Shown in pieces: positions 1 to 8,484 of a stretch of 10,245 bases of DNA (its first letter is position 1; each line of letters begins with the position of its first letter). The position numbers and the translations under genes are program-made. Source of the DNA: Octopus sinensis. Its lineage: Eukaryota. The stretch lies in the NCBI RefSeq assembly GCF_006345805.1, contig NW_021827457.1:1-10245 (forward strand), read 5' to 3'. The notes under the pieces are model-generated. The model saw only the letters and a program-made list of their open reading frames with translations, did not search any database and was not told where the DNA came from.

Positions 1-587
1 TCTTCGTTATTGCCTGTATCCTATGAGCAGTTTTCATCGTACTGGTGGCTATGGTGGAAGAATGCGTGTGGTGGACTCGAGCGAAAGGATTAGAGACAAA
101 CACTTATCTCTCTGGCCAATCTCTCATCAACTTTTTCAAGTACCACTTGAAAAGGAAGGTGAGAATGGAGAGGCAGGTTTTGTCTCATGAAAGTTTCAAA
201 AAAAAGCTGGGTGAATGTAGCAAAGATGATGCGTGCGAGTGACGAAACCACTTTGAGCATGATCCTGTAAATCGTAAAAGAGAGAGAGAGAGCACTTTGC
301 TCTCACATGTTTATTTCCTCCCTGCCTGAGGCTACCGTGGTCTTTTCTGTAGGCTTTTCTTTCCACGGATGAACCTAATCTTGTTTGTTACTTTGAAAAA
401 AAATTTTTTAATTTCTGTGATACACGATCCCTTTTGATCGTGTTTTTTCTTCCGATCCCTTTTGATCGAAATTTTACATTTGTTTCCTTGTTTTTCTTCT
501 TTTTCCTTTTCCATCTCCGAAAAGAAAAGCTCTACATTTGTAATTGTCCCCTCTGTGTCCAGCCCTGTGTGGGGCCAATAAAGAAAG
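1..587 (+). mobile_element. 3' end of an L1/Tx1-like non-LTR retrotransposon (ORF2 C-terminus, pyrimidine-rich 3' UTR, AATAAA), cut by the window start
   Basis: The degraded reading frame is followed by a T-rich UTR, AATAAA at 577-582 and a (TATC)n tract. The last ~170 bp recur as a diverged inverted copy at 4697-4860 (shared CGATCCC(T/C)TTGATCGAAA, AAAGAAAAGCTCTAC and CAGCCCTGTGTGG..CCAATAAAGAAA), so the sequence is a dispersed repeat. The clade assignment rests on the protein pattern and is moderate. Confidence 0.7.
3..270 (+). pseudogene. Disrupted C-terminus of a LINE ORF2-like protein
   Basis: The frame reads FVIACIL*AVFIVLVAMVEECVWWTRAKGLETNTYLSGQSLINFFKYHLKRKVRMERQVLSHESFKK. After a frameshift in the A-run near 188-195 it continues SWVNVAKMMRASDETTLSMIL* (TAA 268-270). 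The hydrophobic helix, VWWTR and terminal F..(R/S)W pattern resemble L1/Tx1 ORF2 C-termini. Confidence 0.55.
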
Positions 588-591
588 TTAG

Positions 592-669
<78 letters not shown>

Positions 670-790
670 GTATCGATCGATCGATCTATCCGGCCATCCA
701 TCCATCCATCCGTCCGTCCGTCTGTGTCTGACTGTCTATCCGTCCTTCTATCTATCTATTTATCTATCTATCTATTTATCTATCTATCTA
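592..790. repeat. (TATC)n microsatellite with TCCA/TCTG variant blocks
   Basis: Directly visible tetranucleotide repeat starting a few bases after the LINE poly(A) signal. Confidence 0.97.
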
Positions 791-1272
791 GCTATCGCGA
801 GAAATCCAACTAGATCCGTTACCCTGAAAGTCAATACCCCATTTCTACACAATATTTCCTTTTGCACACGGAAGTAATAAACAGCAGTCACGTATTCCTC
901 GTAATTGATATTTACTTTAATTCACATTTATAATTACTCATATAATCAATTTAATGCCATACTAATTAATTGATTTATTAAATTACCAGACAACAATGGA
1001 TTAAATTCTACATATGAGACTACCTAATTTGCGGAAGCCACTGTAGCTTCTAGCAATAACTAGCTTTACATGAGCTGTCCGTAGGTGGATGTGGAGAAAT
1101 CCTGACTTTGAGCATTTGTTAACTGAAACCGAAACCAAATCAACTTAATTTGCCATTTTGTTCTCACAGAAAAGATAAGTCGTTGTCACGAGGCTTCGTC
1201 TAAAATAATTGTAAACTTCACACGCACACACACAGAGGCACATATATATCCGTCTTGACTCCCCCCACCATA

Positions 1273-1302
1273 TACTATGGGGGTAAATTAAAAATTATAC
1301 AC
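1273..1302. repeat. Mariner terminal inverted repeat (transposase 3' side, degenerate)
   Basis: Shares the TAC start and AAAT.AAAAATTAT core with the reverse complement of 2540-2567, and is preceded by TA. Confidence 0.7.
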
Positions 1303-1353
1303 GCTCTTGCTTCTGTAATTTATTAAAACAAAAGCAGGTGTTGAAGAATTACA

Positions 1354-2442
1354 TCCTTTTTCGATAAAATTTCCTTGTTTATCGTTGCACTCCTTCCAGT
1401 GGTCTACAAGTTTGCCTATTTTAACGAAGAATGGTGTTTTGTGGCTGGTCGTGCGACCATTAAAGCGCTACTTCCTGTACTTCTTCGTCCGTAGCTTACG
1501 AAAGACCTTGCAAAGGATGTTTGAGCGGTCCAAAGAGGTGGCATTTGGAATGGTCGAGATCTGGACTCCATGCAGGATGCTGCAGTAACTTGAAACTCAA
1601 TATTTCTTATTGTTTTCAATGGTGTGGACGGCCGTATGTGGATGTGCATTGTCATGAAACAAAAAAGAAAAAAAAAACACTTGATCGGACAAAAGCCTTG
1701 GCATTTGATGCGAATTGATGGTTTCAGTTTGTTGGCAAGATTCCCACTGAAGCCTACACGGGTGACTATAGAACCGTTTTCCATATAATATTCCGATATA
1801 GGCACTTTTGCATCCCCCAAAATGGTCGACAAAAATGGTTTCTGCGAAAGGTTGAGTTTGAATTTCTTTTACACTGGCGATTCCGAGTGTTTCCAATCCA
1901 TAACCTGCCTTTTGGATTCTGACCCAAAGTGATGGACCCAGGTCTCATCTTCTGAGACTAATCTCTCCCCAAAAAATCTTCTTCTTCATCGTTGTAGCGA
2001 TCGATTAAACGTTGATGGATCTCAATACGATTGCGATTATACGCTTTGGTAAGCTTTCTTGGCACCCATGTCGCACAGGTTTCATGGATGCGAAGCATGT
2101 TGTGGATGATTTCCTAAGCAGAACCATGACTAATTTGCAGAGAACATGCCACTTCAGCGATGGCCGCTCATCGGTTCGTGAGAACCGTCTCTCTAGCTTG
2201 TTGAATCTTCACATAAGTGGTAGAGGTTGAGGGCGTCCTGATCCCTCTTCGTCCAACACGTTTATCCACCCATTTAAAAACTTCTTGATCCACTCATGCA
2301 GGTTTCTACTCGGTAGAGCGCTGTCTCAGTACTGTATTGAAAGCCTGCGTATGAATTTCACCCCTAATATAATTTCAGACCGGTGAAATCGGATTACTGA
2401 TCTCTGATCTTCTTCGGTGCACACAGCCAGCAGAGCTGCCAT
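1354..2442 (-). pseudogene. Mariner transposase pseudogene with multiple stops and frameshifts
   Basis: Manual minus-strand translation gives MAALLAVCTEEDQRSVIRF (ATG at 2442-2440), EWIKKFLNG..V.DEEGSGRP, LQISHGSA*EIIHN, TCATWVPRKLT (WVP motif), EDETWVHHF (first D at 1947-1949), SKRQVMDWKHSESPV*KKFK, HDNAHPHTA (second D at 1651-1653), QHPAWSPDLDHSKCHLFGPLK (YSPDLAPSD equivalent, third D changed to K at 1544-1546), and KLVDHWKECNDKQGNFIEK. Confidence 0.95.
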
Positions 2443-2539
2443 GTTCACACTGTAGCACCAGAAAGAAAACTGGGGCCATCAAGGTCACGCGTCGGTTACT
2501 TTACCAGTGAAACCAGTCTCGAGGAAGTTTTGGCGAAGG

Positions 2540-2567
2540 TGCCGATAATTTTTCATTTCTTCTTGTA
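2540..2567. repeat. Mariner terminal inverted repeat (transposase 5' side, degenerate)
   Basis: Reverse complement TACAAGAAGAAATGAAAAATTATCGGCA matches the left end, lies about 100 bp upstream of the ATG, and is followed by TA. Confidence 0.7.
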
Positions 2568-2573
2568 TATATT

Positions 2574-2574
<1 letters not shown>

Positions 2575-2610
<36 letters not shown>

Positions 2611-2856
2611 ATATATGTATGTATGTGTATGTATGTATATATGTATGTATGTGCATGTATGTATATATGTATGTATGGATATATATGTATGTATATATGT
2701 ATGTATGTATATATGTATGTATGTGTGCATGTATGTATATATGTATGTATGTGTGCATGTATGTATGTATATATATGTATGCAAGATGTACGTATATATA
2801 TGTATGCCTTTATGTAGGTATATATTGTATCATGTGGTATGTATGTGTGCAGTTTG

Positions 2857-2888
<32 letters not shown>

Positions 2889-2982
2889 CATGTATGTGTA
2901 TATAATATATATATATATATATATATTATGTATGTATGTATATATATGTATAATGCATATACACACACACACACCCACACTC

Positions 2983-3021
<39 letters not shown>

Positions 3022-3025
3022 TATG
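2575..3025. repeat. Compound microsatellite (GT)n/(GTAT)n/(TA)n/(CA)n
   Basis: Directly visible. Confidence 0.97.
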
Positions 3026-3254
3026 GGTGGGTATGGAAGTATATAAGAATGTTATTTGCACTCATTAAACCGAAAATTAATGAAAACAAATTAATTTTCT
3101 GTTTAAAAACAAATTCTGGAAGTTCTATTAGTTTGTTACTATTTAATTGAATAATCAACTTTGATGTTGCTATGACAACCATAACGTCCGAATTAATCAG
3201 ATTCTTACCCATATCGACAAGTGTTTTCTTTGCTGTATTTCACATCTCTGTCGA

Positions 3255-3404
3255 GAGAGTGTGTGTGTGTATGTATGTGTGTGTATATATGTAAATATGT
3301 ACATATATATATATGCGTTTTTGTGTGTGTGTATACATATATACATATGCATATCTATCTAGCTGTGTGTGTGTGTTTGTGTGTATGTGTGTGTGTTTAT
3401 GTGT
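3255..3404. repeat. Compound (GT)n/(TA)n microsatellite
   Basis: Directly visible. Confidence 0.95.
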
Positions 3405-3405
3405 A

Positions 3406-3579
3406 GGCATAGGCGTTGCTGTATAGACGCAGATGTGGCTGTGAAGTAAGAAGTTTGTTTCCCAGCCATATGGTTTCTGAGTTCAATCCCACTGCGAGCC
3501 ATATTGGGCAAGTGACCTACTAGCGCTTCGGACCGACCAAAGCCTTGTGTGTATGTATGTATGTATGTATGTATGTATG

Positions 3580-3613
<34 letters not shown>

Positions 3614-3653
3614 TGTATGTATGCGTGTGTTGTGTGCGTGCGTGTGTGTGCGT

Positions 3654-3684
<31 letters not shown>

Positions 3685-3880
3685 AGAAATTTTTGTCTGA
3701 GTTTGTCCACCACCACCTCTTGACAGACCAATGTCGGTGTGTTTAAGTTCCCGTAACTTAGCGGTTCGGCAAAAGGGCCGAACAGAATATGTACCAGTCT
3801 CTGAGTATTGTAGTCGATTTGCTCGGCTGAAACTCTTCTAGCCGGTACTCCAGCTTGGCCAGAGACTAAGGACAAAAAAC
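3406..3880 (+). mobile_element. tRNA-derived SINE, family A (CORE-like centre, internal microsatellite)
   Basis: A-box-like TGGCTGTGAAG at 3436-3446 and B-box-like GAGTTCAATCC at 3479-3489. A CORE-like TTGGGCAAGTG follows, then an internal (GTAT)n(GT)n tract at 3548-3684. The 3' body GTAACTTAGCGGTTCGGCAAA is homologous to the inverted copy at 6141-6412. It resembles octopus tRNA-derived SINEs (from memory, OR2/CORE-SINE type; not verified). Confidence 0.85.
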
Positions 3881-3889
3881 ACATGCAAA

Positions 3890-4001
3890 AGATAATAATA
3901 TACGTATTTACACATTCATATATACATACATATAAAGAAATACGTACATATACAACACACACATTTAATATATATATATATATACTACATATATATATAT
4001 A

Positions 4002-4032
<31 letters not shown>

Positions 4033-4051
4033 GTGTGTTATATATATATTA

Positions 4052-4082
<31 letters not shown>

Positions 4083-4115
4083 GTTATATATATATTATAA
4101 ATATATATATATACG

Positions 4116-4180
<65 letters not shown>

Positions 4181-4215
4181 GTATGTATATGTATTTATGT
4201 ATATGTGTATACACT
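3890..4215. repeat. (TA)n-dominated compound microsatellite
   Basis: Directly visible. Confidence 0.97.
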
Positions 4216-4414
4216 CTCACACGTCTATACAGGTGACATGCGCAACACCCACCAACCTCACTTCCTCTAACTTCATTATATCGTATAACGAAGGCGCCTT
4301 CTTCGACATTGAAGAGTAAAACCGACGAGAGCATTGCAGAAACGAGCCTGGCGGAATTTTCTTTTGATGTTGGTTTCGGCTTGGATGTCAACCTAACTAC
4401 AACGTGTGTGAGAT

Positions 4415-4480
4415 GGGTGGATGGATAGATGTATGGGTGGATGGATGGATGGATAGATGGATGGATGGATGGATGGATAG

Positions 4481-4511
<31 letters not shown>

Positions 4512-4572
4512 GGTAGATAGGTAGATAAATATATAGAAAGATAAATAGATAGATATATAGATATATAGATAA

Positions 4573-4649
<77 letters not shown>

Positions 4650-4696
4650 CAGACAAGTAAAGAGATAGATCGATAGAAAGATAAATAAATAGATAA
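4415..4696. repeat. (GGAT)n grading into (GATA)n microsatellite
   Basis: Directly visible; reads (TATC)n on the minus strand downstream of the LINE tail. Confidence 0.97.
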
Positions 4697-4960
4697 GTTT
4701 CTTTATTGGCCACACAGGGCTGCACACAGATGGGACAAGTTACAAGTTACAAGGTAGAGCTTTTCTTTTGGGGGATGAAGAAAACAAAAAACAAAAGAAA
4801 CAAAAAAAAAAATGGGTGGCGTAGGTTTTCGATCAAGAGGGATCGTAAAAGGGAAGAAAGGAACAAAAAAAAAAAGAAAAGAAAAAAAAGAAAAGGAAAA
4901 GGAACAAAAGAAAAGAGAAATGATAAAAGAAGAAAAAAGGGGAAAAATGGGGAAGAGGAA
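4697..4960 (-). mobile_element. 5'-truncated 3'-UTR copy of the same L1/Tx1-like LINE as 1-587
   Basis: The reverse complement reads ...CGATCCCTCTTGATCGAAAA...CCCAAAAGAAAAGCTCTACCTTGTAACTTGTAACTTGTCCCATCTGTGTGCAGCCCTGTGTGGCCAATAAAGAAAC, which aligns with 453-587. The upstream boundary within the purine-rich tract is approximate. Confidence 0.85.
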
Positions 4961-4961
4961 A

Positions 4962-4965
4962 TAGA

Positions 4966-5004
<39 letters not shown>

Positions 5005-5237
5005 GTAGACGGGAGGAAGAAGAGTGAGAGAGGTAAATAGCTACTTCGGTAGATCGATCATAGAGAAATAAGCAAATTTATAGCTGGGTAGATAAGAGGA
5101 TAGATAGACAGATAGACCGAGATAAGTAGATAGTGCGAGCATGTGGGTATGTAAGTTGTGTATTTATGTTATATATATAATATATATTATATATATAATA
5201 TAGAAGAGATAGAGAGAGAGAGAGAGAGGAGAGAGAA

Positions 5238-5272
<35 letters not shown>

Positions 5273-5307
5273 TAGAGTTATGTAATTGATAAATATGTTG
5301 TTTGATG

Positions 5308-5373
<66 letters not shown>

Positions 5374-5377
5374 TAGA

Positions 5378-5409
<32 letters not shown>

Positions 5410-5572
5410 TAGATAGATAGATAGATAAACAGACAGACAGACAGACAGACAGAAAGATAGATAGATAGATAGAATAGATAGATAGATAGATAGATAGATG
5501 GCTTGGAGGCAGAAAGATATGCAGAGAGATAGATAACCAGAGAAATAGATTGACGTAGATGAAGATAAGGAG

Positions 5573-5612
<40 letters not shown>
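4962..5612. repeat. Compound (GATA)n/(GACA)n/(GA)n/(TA)n microsatellite field
   Basis: Directly visible, with short degenerate interruptions. Confidence 0.93.
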
Positions 5613-5615
<3 letters not shown>

Positions 5616-5756
5616 AAAAGCTAAGGACATGCGTAGAAATGCGCATGGAAGAGAACTGAAGAACAGAACCTAATGAAAATCCCAGCAGACATATTAATTC
5701 GGAAAATAAATCGTTGCACCTGCGTTATTCTATAAGCACACGTAAACAGCCAATGA

Positions 5757-5835
5757 AAAACAACAACAACAACAGCCATGACAACCACCGTGGTAACAAC
5801 AACAGCCACAGAAACAGCAACAGCAGCAACTACAA
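5757..5835. repeat. Degenerate (CAA)n/(CAG)n trinucleotide repeat
   Basis: AACAACAACAACAACAGC...AACAACAACAGC...AACAGCAACAGCAGCAAC. Confidence 0.85.
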
Positions 5836-5974
5836 TATTATGCCTATGTCGAGCAAGAAATTTTGTTACGAATATAACAACCGCAATGGCGAGAAAAGAG
5901 GATATTTTATGCCTCTTCCCTATTTTTTGACCAAAAAGACCAGCATCGAGCTGTTGGTCTGTCTCGCAGTCTTC

Positions 5975-6048
5975 TGTCTGTCTGCCAGTCTGTCTATCTG
6001 TCTGTCTGTCTGTCTCTCTTTCTCTCTCTCTCCCATCTCTCTCTCTCT

Positions 6049-6125
<77 letters not shown>

Positions 6126-6140
6126 AATCTATCTATCTAT
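5975..6140. repeat. (TCTG)n/(TC)n/(TATC)n microsatellite
   Basis: Directly visible; abuts the truncated 3' end of a family A SINE. Confidence 0.96.
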
Positions 6141-6412
6141 CGGTTTCTTTGCCGAACCGTTAAGTTACTGTCATGTGAACACACCAACACCGGTTGTCAA
6201 ACGGTAATGTGGGACAAACACAGGCACAAAGACACACAGGCGCGCGCGTGGGCACATACACACACACACACACACACACGACGGGCTTCTTTCAGTTCCC
6301 GTCCACCAAATCCACTCACAAAGTTTTAGTCGGCCCGAGACTATAGCAGCAGAAGACACTTGCCCAAGGTGCCACGCAGTGGGACTGAACCTGGAACCAT
6401 GCTGTTGCCAAG
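6141..6412 (-). mobile_element. Family A SINE, minus strand, truncated at both ends
   Basis: The reverse complement contains B-box GGTTCAGTCCC, GCACCTTGGGCAAGTGTCTTCT, GAAAGAAGCCCGTCG(TG)n and GTAACTTAACGGTTCGGCAAAGAAACCGATAG. It is collinear with 3450-3790; the A box is missing. Confidence 0.9.
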
Positions 6413-6479
6413 CTATAGCCTTGGGCTGGTCAAAGATTCGTGAATGGATTGGGCAGATTGAAATTGGAAGGTGTCCGTC
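6413..6479 (+). mobile_element. More diverged internal fragment of a family A SINE, head-to-head with the previous copy
   Basis: CTATAGCCTTGGGCTGGTCAAAGATTCGTGAATGGATTGGGCAGATTGAAATTGGAAGGTGTCCGTC aligns without gaps to the reverse complement of 6280-6346 (CTATAGTCTCGGGCCGACTAAAACTTTGTGAGTGGATTTGGTGGACGGGAACTGAAAGAAGCCCGTC). Confidence 0.8.
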
Positions 6480-6540
6480 ATATATATATATATACATATA
6501 TATGTATATCTATATATATAATATATATATTATTATATAT

Positions 6541-6581
<41 letters not shown>
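6480..6581. repeat. (TA)n microsatellite
   Basis: Directly visible. Confidence 0.97.
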
Positions 6582-6583
<2 letters not shown>

Positions 6584-6679
6584 GTGCGTGCCGTCTGGGT
6601 AGGGAAGAAAGGCAGTGCCTACCTTAAAAAAAAGATCGATAGTAGCATTTCCCTTTTATGGCAAAATATGTACCTAATT

Positions 6680-7036
6680 CAATGGCCCAGTGATTAGGGA
6701 AGCAGACTCGCGGTCGAAGGATCACGGTTTCAATTCCCAGACCGGGCGTTGTGAGTATTTATTGAACGAAATCACCTAAAGCACTACGAGGCTCCGGCAG
6801 GCGAACCCTGCTATACTCTTTCACCACAACGTTCTTTCACATTTTCTTCCTGTTACTGTTGTACTTGTATTTCAAAGGGGCCAGCCTTGTCACACTCTGT
6901 CACGCTGAATCTCCCCAAGAACTATGTTAATAGTACTCGTGTCTGTAGAGTGCTCAGCCATCTGTACATTAATTTCACAAGCAGGCTGTTCCATTGATCG
7001 GATCAACTGGAACCCTCGTAGTCGCAACCGACGGAA
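6680..7036 (+). mobile_element. tRNA(Arg)-like-headed SINE, family B, nearly full length
   Basis: A-box TGGCCCAGTGA at 6683-6693, anticodon-arm-like GACTCGCGGTC and B-box-like GTTTCAATTCCC. The body is collinear with the inverted copies at 9098-9458 and 10017-10245 (e.g. GCCTTGTCACAC, GTGCTCAGCCA, GCAGGCTGT, GGAACCCTCGT). It resembles the octopus Arg-tRNA SINE OR1 from memory; not verified. Confidence 0.9.
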
Positions 7037-7215
7037 TACACACACACACACGTATGCTTAAACGTGCACACACACACACATATATGCATATACGTAAACA
7101 CACGCACATGCACACACATTTACATCCACACACATATACAAGTACATACATATATGCATACATACACAAATCTGTATCCATATACAAGATATATATACAC
7201 GTGTACATAAATACA
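7037..7215. repeat. (CA)n/(TA)n compound microsatellite
   Basis: Directly visible, starting at the SINE 3' end. Confidence 0.93.
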
Positions 7216-7686
7216 CTTTTACCAGCTTGAAAAGACAATAGCAATGGTATGGCTTTCTGCTGCCCAGAAGTTTGCTTCCTTTTACCTCCCTTAACCGACA
7301 AGATGTCTTCCTGGTTTCAATGGCCTTACGGACATATCTTGCTTACAACTTGTCTATCTTTCTTGAACTTCCTCATAGCAATTAATTACAATAAACTTAA
7401 TTAGATAAACTGTTTGAAGTAATAGAGTTGTTTGATCTCCCTGCTTCTCGCATGGCCGTTTTGCTTCTGATCTCTATAAATTCGAATGTTCTTTCTTGAA
7501 AATACCACTTATCAAGTATGTTGTTGGTTTTCTCATCATTAAGGTTTTACACCACCTGTTTAAGGTTTTACATGATATTGGTGAATTTATTCTATGATAT
7601 AATCTATGAACACATCAGTCAATATGTTTTCAACCATAGCGTTAGCTCATATATATATAATCAAAATAAGCAACAAGAATATCTTC

Positions 7687-7780
7687 GGTAATTTGGTACG
7701 ATCGTTTCACGCTACATCATTTTATTAAACATTGTAAGTATTACAACAGTTTTAAAATGTTTAGCAATCATCAGCCGTTT
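7687..7780 (-). ncRNA. Type I hammerhead ribozyme motif 1 (Penelope-like, minimal palindromic stem III, long stem II)
   Basis: The minus strand reads AAACGG-CTGATGA-T-TGCTA...TAGCG-T-GAAA-C-GATC-G-TA-CCAAATT. The core CUGAUGA (7774-7768) and GAAA (7708-7705) are perfect, the triplet is GUA (predicted cut between 7697 and 7696), and ACGATCGT is a palindrome. Stem II is an extended imperfect hairpin, but stem I is only 2 bp in this copy. Confidence 0.72.
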
Positions 7781-7894
7781 ATAGAGGTTTTCCATCAATA
7801 CATATAATTTTTTCACGTTAATAAATAGCATTATAAAGAGGGTAGATATTTAGACAGAGATGTTGATTTGGATGTTAAGAACATTCAAATCATC

Positions 7895-7906
7895 ATATAT
7901 TATATA

Positions 7907-7973
<67 letters not shown>

Positions 7974-8190
7974 TGTATGTGTGTGTGGCGTGTTGTAGAG
8001 TTGTATATATGAGCGTAGTGATGCGTGCATGTGTATATTTGCGTGTATATACGTGTATGCGTAGACATACACGTACATATATGTGTGTTTGTATGTATAC
8101 GTACACGCCTGTGTGAGTATGTATATAGATGTATATACATATATGTGTGTGTGTGTTCGTACATGTATGTGTATGTATATGTGTGCATAT
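7895..8190. repeat. (TA)n/(GT)n/(GTAT)n compound microsatellite
   Basis: Directly visible. Confidence 0.95.
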
Positions 8191-8270
8191 GCGGATTCTA
8201 TGAAAGAAGTATTACTATCACCATGCAATTGGAGTAATTTCCCTTTATTTAACGGTTTTTTCGTAGCGTT

Positions 8271-8345
8271 TTGTCTTAATAACTGATGAGATGTAGTAGC
8301 AGACTTCATCCCCGGAATCCGAAACTCTGAGTTTTATTATGACAA
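8271..8345 (+). ncRNA. Type I hammerhead ribozyme motif 2
   Basis: Stem I is TTGTCTTAATAA (8271-8282) paired with TTATTATGACAA (8334-8345), 11 of 12 pairs. Core CTGATGA is at 8283-8289. Hairpin GATGTAGT-AGCAG-ACTTCATC (8290-8310) has 7 of 8 pairs. GAAA is at 8321-8324, stem III is the near-palindrome ACTC-T-GAGT, and the triplet is GUU (predicted cut after 8333). The 10-nt insert CCCGGAATCC before GAAA is atypical. Confidence 0.75.
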
Positions 8346-8361
8346 CTAACTAATTGTCACA

Positions 8362-8390
8362 TATTATATATATATATACATATACATACA

Positions 8391-8467
<77 letters not shown>

Positions 8468-8482
8468 ATATATGTATGTATA
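8362..8482. repeat. (TA)n/(CA)n/(GTAT)n microsatellite
   Basis: Directly visible. Confidence 0.96.
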
Positions 8483-8484
8483 TT

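Larger units (their letters stand above)
1273..2567 (-). mobile_element. Full-length decayed mariner (Tc1/mariner, DD34D) DNA transposon, about 1.3 kb
   Basis: A transposase relic spans 2442 to 1354. Degenerate inverted ends are TATACTATGGGGGTAAATTAAAAATTAT (1271-1298) and the reverse complement of 2545-2569, TATACAAGAAGAAATGAAAAATTAT. TA dinucleotides flank both ends (1271-1272 and 2568-2569), and the length is typical of mariner. Confidence 0.92.

Noticed and set aside
1141-1205. Acceptor-like TTTTGTTCTCACAG ending at 1169
   Set aside because: There is no convincing open frame or donor downstream.
1261-1283. Small hairpin CCATA-TAC-TATGG at the mariner end
   Set aside because: The core is only 5 bp and is explained by mutation in the TIR plus a C-run flank.
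1385-2230. Plus-strand ORFs 1385..1588, 1521..1718 and 2012..2230 as independent genes
   Set aside because: They are antisense to the mariner transposase relic.
5714-6163. 149-aa ORF with a poly-Asn stretch
   Set aside because: It is composed of CAA/CAG and TATC repeats, with no recognisable domain or splice support.
6597-6623. GGTAGG...CCTACC short inverted repeat
   Set aside because: A 6-bp stem is expected by chance.
6680-6745. tRNA genes at SINE heads (also 3430-3490 and the minus-strand heads at 9458, 9711 and 9964)
   Set aside because: A and B boxes are present, but there is no closing acceptor stem and each continues into a SINE body.
7216-7620. Unexplained non-repetitive stretch with short minus-strand frames (NLNDEKTNNILDKWYFQERTFEFIEIRSK...) and a 12-bp direct repeat TTAAGGTTTTAC
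   Set aside because: Stops are frequent and I recognise no motif, so I cannot support either an exon or a TE call without a search.
2485-8309. Numerous long ORFs rich in YI/HT/CV/LSIY in the ORF track
   Set aside because: They are translations of (TA)n, (CA)n, (GT)n and (TATC)n tracts, which lack stop codons in several frames; there is no coding signal.
8192-8321. 7-bp complement CGGATTC (8192-8198) to GAATCCG (8315-8321) that could sequester the hammerhead 2 core
   Set aside because: Too short to distinguish from chance without a family alignment.
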